64,000 nt of DNA, from the NCBI GenBank assembly GCA_035495715.1, contig DATJFI010000055.1:22071-86070 (forward strand), read 5' to 3'. The notes under the pieces are model-generated. The model made no database searches. It saw only the letters and a list, made by a program, of their open reading frames with translations, and was not told the DNA's origin. The DNA comes from Casimicrobiaceae bacterium (GTDB lineage: Bacteria > Pseudomonadota > Gammaproteobacteria > Burkholderiales > Casimicrobiaceae). This document shows, in pieces, positions 9,997 through 19,111 of the stretch. A program made the position numbers and the translations under genes. Every line of letters starts with the position of its first letter. Within the stretch, counting starts at the first letter, position 1.

Positions 9997-10182
9997 CGGG
10001 CCGCGTTCCATATCGGCTATGGCGACAACACCATTGCCGGTCTCGACGCTCGGGGAGTGGACCTCGCCGCGATCCAGGGACTGCATCGGCTCCTGCAGGA
10101 TCGCGACACCGAGATCGCTTCATTGCGCGAACGGCTTTCGCGCATCGGGAACCTGCTTAAGATGCGGTCGCAGCCCCATTGA
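9997..10182 (+). pseudogene. C-terminal fragment resembling a peptidase S74 / intramolecular chaperone domain plus coiled coil
   Basis: Different frame: AAFHIGYGDNTIAGLDARGVDLAAIQGLHRLLQDRDTEIASLRERLSRI; no start or RBS of its own. Confidence 0.55.
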
Positions 10183-10265
10183 GTTACGGCTGTTGCGCCA
10201 ATCGCGCCTGACGCGCCCGCCTCCTCGCCCTGCTAAACTTTCGGCAGGAACGACGGGAGCAGCGA

Positions 10266-10712
10266 ATGGGCAAGAAGGTGATCCAGACCGCCGACGCGCC
10301 GGCCGCGATCGGTCCGTATTCGCAGGCGGTGCAGGTCGGCAACACGCTGTACATGTCGGGTCAGATTCCGCTCGACCCAACGACGATGCAGATCGTCGAC
10401 GGCGGCATCGACGCGCAGGCGAAGCAGGTGTTCGCCAACCTGCGCGGTGTTGCAAAGGCCGCCGGCGCGACGCTGAACGACATCGTCAAGCTCACGATCC
10501 TGCTAACCGACCTCGCCGAGTTCACGAAGGTCAACGACGTCATGGCCGCTCACTTCGACGCGCCCTATCCGGCGCGGGCAACCTACCAGGTGGCGGCGCT
10601 GCCGCGCGGCGCGAAGATCGAGGTCGAAGCCGTGCTTGCATTGCCGGGCACCGGCGACGCCAACGCGCAGACCGGATGGCGCGAGACGTTTGACCAGACG
10701 AAGGGTCAGTAG
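10266..10712 (+). CDS. ridA: RidA/YjgF family enamine deaminase
   Basis: APAAIGPYSQAV, SGQIPLDP, YPARA, LPRGAKIEVE; extended -10 TGcTAAACT at 10231-10239. Confidence 0.92.
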   Translation: MGKKVIQTADAPAAIGPYSQAVQVGNTLYMSGQIPLDPTTMQIVDGGIDAQAKQVFANLRGVAKAAGATLNDIVKLTILLTDLAEFTKVNDVMAAHFDAPYPARATYQVAALPRGAKIEVEAVLALPGTGDANAQTGWRETFDQTKGQ

Positions 10713-12822
10713 CACGAACGAAGCCGCGCGCGGCGACGCCGTCCCGCGCGCTGCCCGCCCTTCGGCCGCCGAGCCCGCCGGCGGGCGCAACAGCGCAACC
10801 GAGAAGCTCGCGCGCCTCGGCATCACGCGCGAAGAAGACCTCGTCCTCCACTTGCCGCTGCGCTACGAGGACCACACGCGCATCACGCCGCTTGCCGAGG
10901 TCAAGGTCGGCGAAACGGCGCAGACCGAAGGCACCGTCGTCAGCACCGAGATCCAGTACCGCCCGCGCCGACAGTTGGTGTGCCTCATTCGCGACGACGC
11001 GCGCGAAGCCTCGCTCGTGTTGCGCTTCTTCTCGTTCTATCCGAGCCACCAGAAAACGCTGCGCGCCGGCTCGCGCGTGCGCGTTTTCGGCGACGTGCGT
11101 GGCGGCTACTACGGTCCGGAAATCGTGCATCCGCAGTTCAAGGTCGTCAGCGAGGACACTGCATTGCCGGATCGGTTGACGCCCGTTTATCCGACGACCG
11201 CGGGCCTCTCGCAGGACACGCTGCGCAAGGTGATCGCGCGCGCGCTCGTCGCCGACACTGCGCGTACCGCCGAAACGCTGCCCGACGAAATGGTCCGCCG
11301 GCGGGGACTGTGGAAGTTCGGCGACGCAGTGCGCTTTCTGCATGCGCCGCCGCCGCGGCTCAGTGCACTCACGCAACGCGCGCTCGACGCGCGCACGCAT
11401 CCGGCGTGGACGCGGCTCAAGTTCGACGAGCTGCTCGCGCAGCAGCTTTCGCTCAAGGCGCATCGCAAGGCGCGCGCATCGCGCCGTGCGCCGGCCCTTC
11501 GCGGCGACGAAACGTTGACGAGAGCGCTGCTCGCGCGCGTGCCGTTCAAGCTGACGCGCGCGCAGGAGCGCGTCTGGCGCGAGATCGCCCACGACCTCAA
11601 GCGCGCGATGCCGATGCAGCGGCTGCTGCAGGGCGACGTCGGCTCCGGCAAGACGATCGTCGCCGCGCTCGCCGCGCTGCAGGCGATCGAGAGCGGCCGG
11701 CAGGTCGCGTTCATGGCGCCGACCGAGATCCTCGCCGAGCAGCATCTGCGCAAGCTCCAGGGATGGCTCGGTGATGTCGGCATCGAAATCGCGTGGCTTT
11801 CGGGATCGTTGCCGGCGCGAAAGCGCCGCAAGGCGATCGAAGCGCTGGCGAGCGGCGAGGCGCCATTCGCGATCGGCACGCACGCGCTCTTCCAGGAAGG
11901 CGTCGCGATGCCGCGCCTCGGCCTCGCGATCGTCGACGAGCAGCACCGCTTCGGCGTCGCGCAGCGTCTTGCATTGCGCGACAAGGGCATCGCCGACGCG
12001 CACCAGCTCATGATGAGTGCGACGCCGATTCCGCGCACGCTCGCGATGACGTTCTACGCGGACCTGGATGTCTCCGTGCTCGACGAGATGCCGCCGGGGC
12101 GTACGCCGGTCACGACGCGGCTCGTGAGCCAGAAGCGGCGCGCGGAGATGATCGAATGGGTCGGCAAGGCGTGCCGCGAGGGACGCCAGGTGTACTGGGT
12201 CTGCCCGCTGATCGAGGAATCGGAGAAGCTCGAGCTGCAGACCGCGGTCGCGCTGCACGCCGAGCTCACGCAGGCGTTCGCCGCATCGGGCATTCGCGTC
12301 GGCTTGCTGCACGGGCGCATGAAGCCGGACGAAAAGTCGGCGACGATGGATGCGTTCGTCCGCGGCGAGCTGAACGTGCTCGTGGCGACGACCGTGATCG
12401 AGGTCGGCGTCGACGTGCCGAACGCCTCGATCATGGTGATCGAGCACGCGGAGCGCTTCGGCCTTGCGCAGCTCCATCAACTGCGCGGGCGCATCGGTCG
12501 CGGCGCGACGGAGAGCACCTGCGTGCTGCTGTTCGAGGAGCCGCTGACCGATACCGCGAAGCAGCGCCTCAAGGTGATCTACGAAACGACGGACGGCTTC
12601 GAGATCGCGCGGCAGGACCTCGTCATTCGCGGACCTGGCGAGTTCCTCGGCGCGCGGCAGTCGGGCGTGCCGCTTCTGCGATTCGCCGATCTGGAGCGCG
12701 ACGTCGCGCTGATCGAGCAGGCCCGGGACGCGGCCGATGCGCTGCTGCAAACCGATCCCGCCGCAGCCGCGCGCCACCTCGACCGGTGGCTCGGCAGCAA
12801 GCAGGCGTTCATCAAGGCCTGA
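10690..12822 (+). CDS. recG: ATP-dependent DNA helicase RecG
   Basis: HLPLRYED, LQGDVGSGKT, DEQHRFG, MSATPIPRT, QLRGRIGRG; start uncertain (TTG 10690). Confidence 0.95.
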   Translation: MTRRRVSSTNEAARGDAVPRAARPSAAEPAGGRNSATEKLARLGITREEDLVLHLPLRYEDHTRITPLAEVKVGETAQTEGTVVSTEIQYRPRRQLVCLIRDDAREASLVLRFFSFYPSHQKTLRAGSRVRVFGDVRGGYYGPEIVHPQFKVVSEDTALPDRLTPVYPTTAGLSQDTLRKVIARALVADTARTAETLPDEMVRRRGLWKFGDAVRFLHAPPPRLSALTQRALDARTHPAWTRLKFDELLAQQLSLKAHRKARASRRAPALRGDETLTRALLARVPFKLTRAQERVWREIAHDLKRAMPMQRLLQGDVGSGKTIVAALAALQAIESGRQVAFMAPTEILAEQHLRKLQGWLGDVGIEIAWLSGSLPARKRRKAIEALASGEAPFAIGTHALFQEGVAMPRLGLAIVDEQHRFGVAQRLALRDKGIADAHQLMMSATPIPRTLAMTFYADLDVSVLDEMPPGRTPVTTRLVSQKRRAEMIEWVGKACREGRQVYWVCPLIEESEKLELQTAVALHAELTQAFAASGIRVGLLHGRMKPDEKSATMDAFVRGELNVLVATTVIEVGVDVPNASIMVIEHAERFGLAQLHQLRGRIGRGATESTCVLLFEEPLTDTAKQRLKVIYETTDGFEIARQDLVIRGPGEFLGARQSGVPLLRFADLERDVALIEQARDAADALLQTDPAAAARHLDRWLGSKQAFIKA

Positions 12823-12831
12823 ATTCACGCA

Positions 12832-12844
12832 AATCAACGGCTTG
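12832..12844 (+). promoter_or_regulatory. IHF-consensus site upstream of hemA
   Basis: AATCAACGGCTTG matches WATCAANNNNTTR; TAAAAT -10-like hexamer at 12871-12876. Confidence 0.45.
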
Positions 12845-12940
12845 CGGGGCGCCGATCGAGCGGGCTGCGGTAAAATGCACGCGATCGCGGCGACGTACGG
12901 CGCGCAACTCGCGGTCCGTTTCCGAGGTCCATCGGCTCGC

Positions 12941-14203
12941 ATGTCCCTCTATACGCTCGGCCTCAACCACACAACGGCGCCGCTCCAAGTGCGCGAGCGC
13001 GTCGCGTTCGCGCCCGACGCGCTGTCGGCGGGGCTGCGGGAGCTGACGTCGGGCCGCATCGTCAGGGAAGCGGCGATCCTTTCGACGTGCAATCGCACCG
13101 AAGTGTACTTTCACGGCGGCGAGCCGGTGCCGGTCACGCGCTGGCTCGAGCAGGCGCACGCGCTGCCGCCGTCGACGCTCGCGCCATACGTCTACACGCT
13201 CGACGCCGATCGCGCGGTGTCGCACGCGTTCCGCGTTGCGAGCGGACTCGATTCGATGGTGCTCGGGGAGCCGCAGATCCTCGGCCAGATGAAGCAGGCG
13301 GTGCGGCGAGCCGAGGCCGCGGGGTCGCTCGGCCTCGTGCTGAACCGGCTCTTCCAGCGCACGTTCGCGGTCGCCAAGGACGTGCGCACGCACACCGATA
13401 TCGGCAGCGCATCGATCTCGATGGCGGCCGCCGCGGTAAAGCTCGCCGAGCGCATCTTTCCCTCGATCTCGGAACAGCGGCTCCTGCTCGTCGGCGCCGG
13501 CGAGATGATCGAGCTCACCGCGACACATTTCGCGGCGCGCAAGCCGCGCTCGATCACCGTCGCGAACCGTTCGCTCGAGCGCGGCAGCAAGCTCGCGTAT
13601 CGCTTCGCTGCCGGCGCCATCACGCTGACCGAGCTGACCGAGCGGCTCGCGCAGTTCGACGTGATCGTCACCTGCACGGCGAGCACGCTGCCGATCATCG
13701 GCAAGGGAACGCTCGAGCGCGTCGTGCGGCAGCGCAAGCACGCGCCGATTTTGATCGTCGACCTCGGCGTGCCGCGCGACGTCGAGGCGGAAGCCGCGGA
13801 GCTCGACGACGTGTTCCTGTACAGCGTCGACGACCTCGCCGAGATCGTGAAGGACAACCTGTCGATCCGCCGCGAGGCCGTGCTGCAGGCCGAGCAGATG
13901 ATCGCCGAGCAGACCGCGCACTTCCTGCGCTGGCTTTCGGGGCGCACCGTCGTGCCGACGATCGCCGCGCTGTCGTCGCATCACGAGGCGCTGCGCAATC
14001 GCGAGCTCGAGCGCGCGCGGCGCATGCTCGCCAGCGGCGCGTCGCCGGACGAGGTGCTGGAAGCGCTCGCGCGAAGCCTCACGAGCAAGTTCCTGCATCC
14101 GCCGCTCGCGGCGCTGAACGCCGCCGGCGATGCCGAGCGCGCCGAGCTTATCTCGCTTTTCTCGCGCGTCTACGGCTGCGCGGAGCCGCCGGCCGAGACG
14201 TAG
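12941..14203 (+). CDS. hemA: Glutamyl-tRNA reductase
   Basis: [44 protein letters not shown]; precedes prfA. Confidence 0.96.
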   Translation: MSLYTLGLNHTTAPLQVRERVAFAPDALSAGLRELTSGRIVREAAILSTCNRTEVYFHGGEPVPVTRWLEQAHALPPSTLAPYVYTLDADRAVSHAFRVASGLDSMVLGEPQILGQMKQAVRRAEAAGSLGLVLNRLFQRTFAVAKDVRTHTDIGSASISMAAAAVKLAERIFPSISEQRLLLVGAGEMIELTATHFAARKPRSITVANRSLERGSKLAYRFAAGAITLTELTERLAQFDVIVTCTASTLPIIGKGTLERVVRQRKHAPILIVDLGVPRDVEAEAAELDDVFLYSVDDLAEIVKDNLSIRREAVLQAEQMIAEQTAHFLRWLSGRTVVPTIAALSSHHEALRNRELERARRMLASGASPDEVLEALARSLTSKFLHPPLAALNAAGDAERAELISLFSRVYGCAEPPAET

Positions 14204-14316
14204 CTGCGCTCGTCGACAGCGCCTCGTCGCAGGCGTACCGTTCGCGCGCCACGGTCGAAGGCGCGCAAGCGCCGCGATCCGGCGCCGTCTCACGGCTCTT
14301 CAATTTCTGCAACCGC

Positions 14317-15399
14317 ATGAAACAGTCCTTACGCACGAGGCTCGATCAACTGAGCGCGCGGCTGCTGGAGCTCGACGCGCTGCTCGCGGCGGAAGACGCG
14401 ACGCGAGATCTCGACCGCTTCCGTTCGCTCTCGCGCGAGCGCGCCGAAATCGAGCCGGTCGTCGTGCGCTTCGGCGACTTCCGGCGCGCCGAGGACGACG
14501 TCGCCGCGGCGATCGAGCTCGCGCACGAACCGCAGATGCGCGATTACGCCGACGAGGAGCGCCGTGCAGCCGAGACGCGCATCGAGGCGCTGACGGGCGA
14601 GCTGCAGGCGATGCTGCTGCCCAGGGACCCGAGCGACGAGCGCAACGTTTTCGTCGAAGTTCGCGCAGGCACCGGCGGCGACGAGTCGGCGCTCTTCGCC
14701 GCCGATCTGTTCCGGATGTATGCGCGCTATGCGGAGCGACAGGGCTGGCGCGTCGAGATCGTCTCCGAGTCATCGTCCGATCTGGGCGGTTACCGCGAAA
14801 TCGTCGCGCGGATCGTCGGCCAGGGCGCGTACGCGAAGCTCAAGTTCGAGTCGGGCGGGCATCGCGTGCAGCGCGTGCCGGAGACCGAGGCGCAGGGCCG
14901 CATTCACACGTCCGCGTGCACGGTCGCCGTGCTACCCGAGGCCGACCCGGTTGCCGACGTGACGATCAATCCCGCCGACATCCGCATCGACACCTTCCGC
15001 GCATCGGGCGCCGGCGGCCAGCACATCAACAAGACCGACTCGGCGGTGCGGATCACGCACCTGCCGACCGGCATCGTCGTCGAGTGCCAGGACGACCGGT
15101 CGCAGCATCGCAATCGCGCGCAGGCGATGGCGGTGCTCGCGTCGCGGCTCGTCGACAAGGAACGCCGCGAGCGCCAGCAGAAGGAGGCCGCGCATCGCAA
15201 GAGCCTGATCGGCTCCGGCGATCGCAGCGAGCGCATCCGCACGTACAACTTTCCGCAGGGCCGCGTCACCGACCACCGGATCAACCTGACGCTCTACCGG
15301 ATCGACGCGATCATGCAGGGCGATCTCGACGAGCTGATCGCCGCGCTCGCACAGGAGTTCCAGGCCGAGCAACTCGCGGAGCTCGCGACGGAACCATGA
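14317..15399 (+). CDS. prfA: Peptide chain release factor 1
   Basis: [12 protein letters not shown] (PxT), [17 protein letters not shown]. Confidence 0.97.
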   Translation: MKQSLRTRLDQLSARLLELDALLAAEDATRDLDRFRSLSRERAEIEPVVVRFGDFRRAEDDVAAAIELAHEPQMRDYADEERRAAETRIEALTGELQAMLLPRDPSDERNVFVEVRAGTGGDESALFAADLFRMYARYAERQGWRVEIVSESSSDLGGYREIVARIVGQGAYAKLKFESGGHRVQRVPETEAQGRIHTSACTVAVLPEADPVADVTINPADIRIDTFRASGAGGQHINKTDSAVRITHLPTGIVVECQDDRSQHRNRAQAMAVLASRLVDKERRERQQKEAAHRKSLIGSGDRSERIRTYNFPQGRVTDHRINLTLYRIDAIMQGDLDELIAALAQEFQAEQLAELATEP

Positions 15400-15480
15400 G
15401 CGCAAAGGGCCGCCCCGAGCGCGAATTGCGCCCCCCGGGGGGCAGCGAAGGGGCGAAGCCCCGAGCGTGGGGGGAACATA
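15396..15480 (+). repeat. Start-codon-associated palindromic element, long variant (copy C)
   Basis: ATGAGCGCAAAGGGCCGCCCCGAGCGCGAAT is 26/31 identical to the 47323 copy; internal CCCCCCGGGGGG and GGGGC-GAA-GCCCC hairpins. Confidence 0.7.
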
Positions 15481-16028
15481 CCACCGGTGCGAAGCGTCCG
15501 TGGTGCTGCACGAAGCGGCTCGCGCTGTCGGAGATCACGCCCGCCGACGGCAACGAGCTTCACGAGCTCGACGCCGATCCGCGCGTCATGCGCTACATCG
15601 GCAGCGGTGGCGCATCGACGCGCGAGCAGATCGACGATGCGCTGCGGCGCATTCCGCGCGCGTACAGGCTCTACCCGGGTCTCGGGACGTGGCGCGCGAC
15701 GCGCCGCGACAACGGCGATTTCGTCGGCTGGTTCGCGCTCAAGTACATCCCGGGCACGACGGAGGTCGAGGTCGGCTACCGGTTGCGACACGCGGCGTGG
15801 GGCCGGGGCTTTGCGACCGAGGGCGCGCGCTCGCTCGTGCGCTACGGGCTCGACGAGCTCGGCCTCTACCGGATCCTCGGCATCACGCATCCCGACAACG
15901 CGGCCTCGCAGCGCGTGCTGCTGAAGGCGGGCCTTGTCGATTCCGGCTGGGGGCACTACTACAACCGGCCGGTGCGCGTGTTCGAATGCGTGCGCGACGC
16001 CGCGTGGCGGCCGCAGTGGCACGCGTGA
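15396..16028 (+). CDS. GNAT (RimJ/RimL-like) N-acetyltransferase with element-derived N-terminus
   Basis: [45 protein letters not shown]; ATGA overlap with prfA. Confidence 0.85.
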   Translation: MSAKGRPERELRPPGGSEGAKPRAWGEHTTGAKRPWCCTKRLALSEITPADGNELHELDADPRVMRYIGSGGASTREQIDDALRRIPRAYRLYPGLGTWRATRRDNGDFVGWFALKYIPGTTEVEVGYRLRHAAWGRGFATEGARSLVRYGLDELGLYRILGITHPDNAASQRVLLKAGLVDSGWGHYYNRPVRVFECVRDAAWRPQWHA

Positions 16029-16030
16029 GC

Positions 16031-16100
16031 ACCTTCACCCGCTCGGCGCTGCGCGTCTCGCACCCTGTCTAAACATGCGGGAGAGGGTAGGGTGAGGGTG
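16031..16100. repeat. REP-like nested palindrome (CCCTC.CCC...GGGAGAGGG type) overlapping the prmC start
   Basis: CCTTCACCC (16032) pairs with GGGTGAGGG (16090); ACCCTGTCT pairs imperfectly with GGAGAGGGT. Confidence 0.55.
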
Positions 16101-16982
16101 GCCGCCCCCACGCTCACCGTTCGCCAGGCCCTCGCGCAGGCGAGCCTCGCGCCGATCGACGCGCAGGTGCTGCTCGCGCACGTGCTGGGCGTCGGCCGTG
16201 CATGGCTTGCCGCGCACGCAACCGATTCGCTCACGCCGCACGATGTCGAAGCGTTCTTCACGCTCGCGCGGCGACGTCGCGACGGCGAGCCGGTCGCCTA
16301 CCTGACCGGCACGCGCGAATTCTTCGGGCTGCCGCTCGCTGTCGACCGCTCGGTGCTGATCCCGCGACCCGAGACGGAAACGCTCGTCGAATGTGCGCTG
16401 CGCGCGCTGCCGCGTGAGCAGCGGCTGCGCGTGCTCGATCTCGGCACCGGCTCGGGGGCGATCGCGCTTGCGATCGCGCACGAGCGGCCCCACGTCGAGG
16501 TGATCGGCGTCGATACGTCGGCAGCCGCCCTCGGTATTGCACTTCGCAACGCGGAGCGGATGAAACTTGCGAACGTCGGCTGGCTCCAATCCGACTGGTA
16601 CGACGGCCTCGAAGAGGGCGGCGCGCCCTTCGACCTGATCGCGAGCAATCCGCCGTACGTGGCCGACGGCGACCCCCATCTGGGGGAAGGCGACCTGCGC
16701 TTCGAGCCCGCCGGCGCGCTTCGCGCGGGACCCGACGGTCTTTTGGCGCTCCGCGTCGTCGTCGCCGGCGCACCCGCGCGGCTCGTCCCCGGCGGCGCGC
16801 TCGTCGTCGAGCACGGCTTCGACCAGGCCGAGGCGGTGCGCGGGCTCGTCGCGGCTGCCGGCCTCGAGAATCCACGTACCTTTCGCGACCTCGCCGGCAT
16901 CCCGCGGGTGTGCGTCGCGATCAAGCCATCTTCGGAGGCGCAAGCAGAACCGCGCCCCGACCAACGCTCGTTGAACCGATGA
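16092..16982 (+). CDS. prmC: Release factor glutamine methyltransferase
   Basis: GEPVAYLTG, LIPRPETE, DLGTGSGAIA, SNPPY. Confidence 0.95.
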   Translation: MRVAAPTLTVRQALAQASLAPIDAQVLLAHVLGVGRAWLAAHATDSLTPHDVEAFFTLARRRRDGEPVAYLTGTREFFGLPLAVDRSVLIPRPETETLVECALRALPREQRLRVLDLGTGSGAIALAIAHERPHVEVIGVDTSAAALGIALRNAERMKLANVGWLQSDWYDGLEEGGAPFDLIASNPPYVADGDPHLGEGDLRFEPAGALRAGPDGLLALRVVVAGAPARLVPGGALVVEHGFDQAEAVRGLVAAAGLENPRTFRDLAGIPRVCVAIKPSSEAQAEPRPDQRSLNR

Positions 16983-17116
16983 AAGCACGCAGCCCCGATC
17001 TCATCCGACCCTTCCCGACTCCACGTGAAATCCTTCGCGACCCCGCGGTCTGGGCGTGGATCGCGGTCGCACTGCTCGCGATCATTCCCGCGGGCGCGGC
17101 ACTCGCCGGCGGCTGA
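16979..17116 (+). CDS. Putative 45-aa membrane peptide
   Basis: ATGA overlap with the prmC stop; one hydrophobic helix VWAWIAVALLAIIPAGAALA. Confidence 0.4.
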   Translation: MKARSPDLIRPFPTPREILRDPAVWAWIAVALLAIIPAGAALAGG

Positions 17117-17273
17117 CGCCTTGTCCCGCTTACCGGTCGTCGCGCTGCGGCGCGTCCTGTCCCCGATGCGGGCGGTTCGTCGCGACGGGCGCGCCGCATA
17201 GGCGTGCCCTGGCTAGACTGCGAGACCTTCCCCGAGCGCGCCGGCCGCGCCCCTTTTTCCCGGAGATTCCTTC

Positions 17274-19109
17274 GTGCCGAATCGCTACGCGTCACTCCTG
17301 CTGGCACTCGTCATGCTCGTCGCGACGAGCGCCGTCGCTCAGGCCAAGCCGAAGATCGAGAAGGCGGCCGACCTGCCGCGTTTCTCGTATCGCGTCGAAG
17401 GCGGCATCGAGGACATGATCCGCAACGATGCGAAGTTCAAGCGCTTCACCGATGCCGTGCGCCACGACGCGCAATCGGTGCTCGACGGCTACGAGATCGA
17501 CGACCGCGCGACGCTGCGGCAGCTCGAAGGCGAGCTTGCTCTGCTCGACTACCTCGACGGCAACCTCGATGGCGCGGCGAAACGCGCCGAGCACGTCCGC
17601 GAATTGCAGGACAAGCCCGCCGACAAGCTGATGTCGGGATTGCAGCTTCGCGCGATGATCGCCGCGCAGCGCAAGGTCGGCAACCATGAGTCGGACGCGT
17701 ATCGGCAGGAAACGGGGCGCCTCATCGCGGCCGATCTCGCCAAGATGCCGTACGACGTCGTGCAGAACGAAGTGCGCGAGGCGAAAGCGTCGGCCGAGAT
17801 CATGAGCGAGGCATTGACGCTCGGTTATGTTCGCAACGTCATCCAGCCCACGGCCGACAAGGCGGGCGCGCTTTCCTCCGACCTCGCGCCGGCGGTCGTC
17901 AACGCGAAGTACCGTCTCGTCGCGACGCTGCCGCTCAAGTCGACGCTGGTCGGCGTCTACACGACGTACCTCGACGCGCATCACGTCGAGAAGCCGGACA
18001 TCTGGGCTGCCCGCGACGTCGTCCTGCCGCCCGACAAGCCTTACGCGACGGTGAACGTTGGCATCTGGGACAGCGGCGTCGACACGTCGCTGTTCGGCAA
18101 GCGCGTCGTCGACGACGGCTCGCAACCGGCCGTGATCGCGTTCGACCGCTACACGAAGCCGGCGGAGGGTACGCTGCAGCCGATCCCGGCGGACCTCAAA
18201 GGCCGCATTCCGCAGATGAAGACGCGGCTCAAGGGCTTCTCGGACCTGCGCTCGAACGTCGACAGTCCCGAGGCGAGCGAGGTCAAGCAGTGGTTGTCGA
18301 CGCTCAAGCCCGACGAATACAAGTCGGCGATCGAGGACCTCGACCTCGCCGGCAACTGGATGCACGGGACGCACGTCGCCGGCATCACGATGGCCGGCAA
18401 TCCGTACGCACGCCTCGTCGTCGGCCGCATCGAGTTCGACTGGCACCTGCTGCCCGATCCGTGCCCGACGAAGGACCTCGTGCTGCGCGACGCGAAGAAC
18501 GCGCAGTCGTACGTCGATTTCTTCAAGCGTCATCACGTGCGCGTCGTCAACATGAGCTGGGGCGGCTCGGTCAAGGACGAGGAAGGGCAGCTCGAGCTTT
18601 GCAACGTCGGCAAGACGCCCGACGAGCGCAAGAAGATCGCGCGCGAGTATTTCGACATCCAGAAGGACGCGCTCACGAAGGCGTTCGCGAGCGCGCCCGG
18701 CATCCTGTTCGTGACCGCCGCGGGCAACAGCAACGAGGACGCGTCGTTCACCGAGGACATTCCCGCCGGCATCTCGGCACCGAACCTGATCACCGTGGGA
18801 GCCGTCGACAAGGCGGGCGACGAAGCGTCGTTCACGAGCTACGGGCCAACCGTCGTCGTCGACGCGAACGGCTACCAGGTCGACAGCGTGATCCCCGGCG
18901 GCGACGAGCTGGCCGAGTCGGGGACGTCGATGGCGTCACCGCAGGTCGCGAACCTCGCAGCCAAGATACTCGCGGTGAATCCGAAGCTCACGCCGCCGCA
19001 GGTCATCGCGCTCATCCGCGACACGGCGGACAAGACGCCCGATGGCCGCCGCCATCTGATCAATCCGAAGAAGGCCGTCGCGGCGGCGGAGGCGAAGGGC
19101 GGCTCGTAA
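17274..19109 (+). CDS. Secreted S8 (subtilisin-like) serine peptidase
   Basis: Signal peptide; catalytic WDSG, HGTHVAG, AAGN, GTSMASP. Confidence 0.92.
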   Translation: MPNRYASLLLALVMLVATSAVAQAKPKIEKAADLPRFSYRVEGGIEDMIRNDAKFKRFTDAVRHDAQSVLDGYEIDDRATLRQLEGELALLDYLDGNLDGAAKRAEHVRELQDKPADKLMSGLQLRAMIAAQRKVGNHESDAYRQETGRLIAADLAKMPYDVVQNEVREAKASAEIMSEALTLGYVRNVIQPTADKAGALSSDLAPAVVNAKYRLVATLPLKSTLVGVYTTYLDAHHVEKPDIWAARDVVLPPDKPYATVNVGIWDSGVDTSLFGKRVVDDGSQPAVIAFDRYTKPAEGTLQPIPADLKGRIPQMKTRLKGFSDLRSNVDSPEASEVKQWLSTLKPDEYKSAIEDLDLAGNWMHGTHVAGITMAGNPYARLVVGRIEFDWHLLPDPCPTKDLVLRDAKNAQSYVDFFKRHHVRVVNMSWGGSVKDEEGQLELCNVGKTPDERKKIAREYFDIQKDALTKAFASAPGILFVTAAGNSNEDASFTEDIPAGISAPNLITVGAVDKAGDEASFTSYGPTVVVDANGYQVDSVIPGGDELAESGTSMASPQVANLAAKILAVNPKLTPPQVIALIRDTADKTPDGRRHLINPKKAVAAAEAKGGS

Positions 19110-19111
19110 CG

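Noticed and set aside
9980-10010. Programmed frameshift producing a full sigma factor
   Set aside because: Neither alternate frame contains sigma region 4; a deletion explains the junction better
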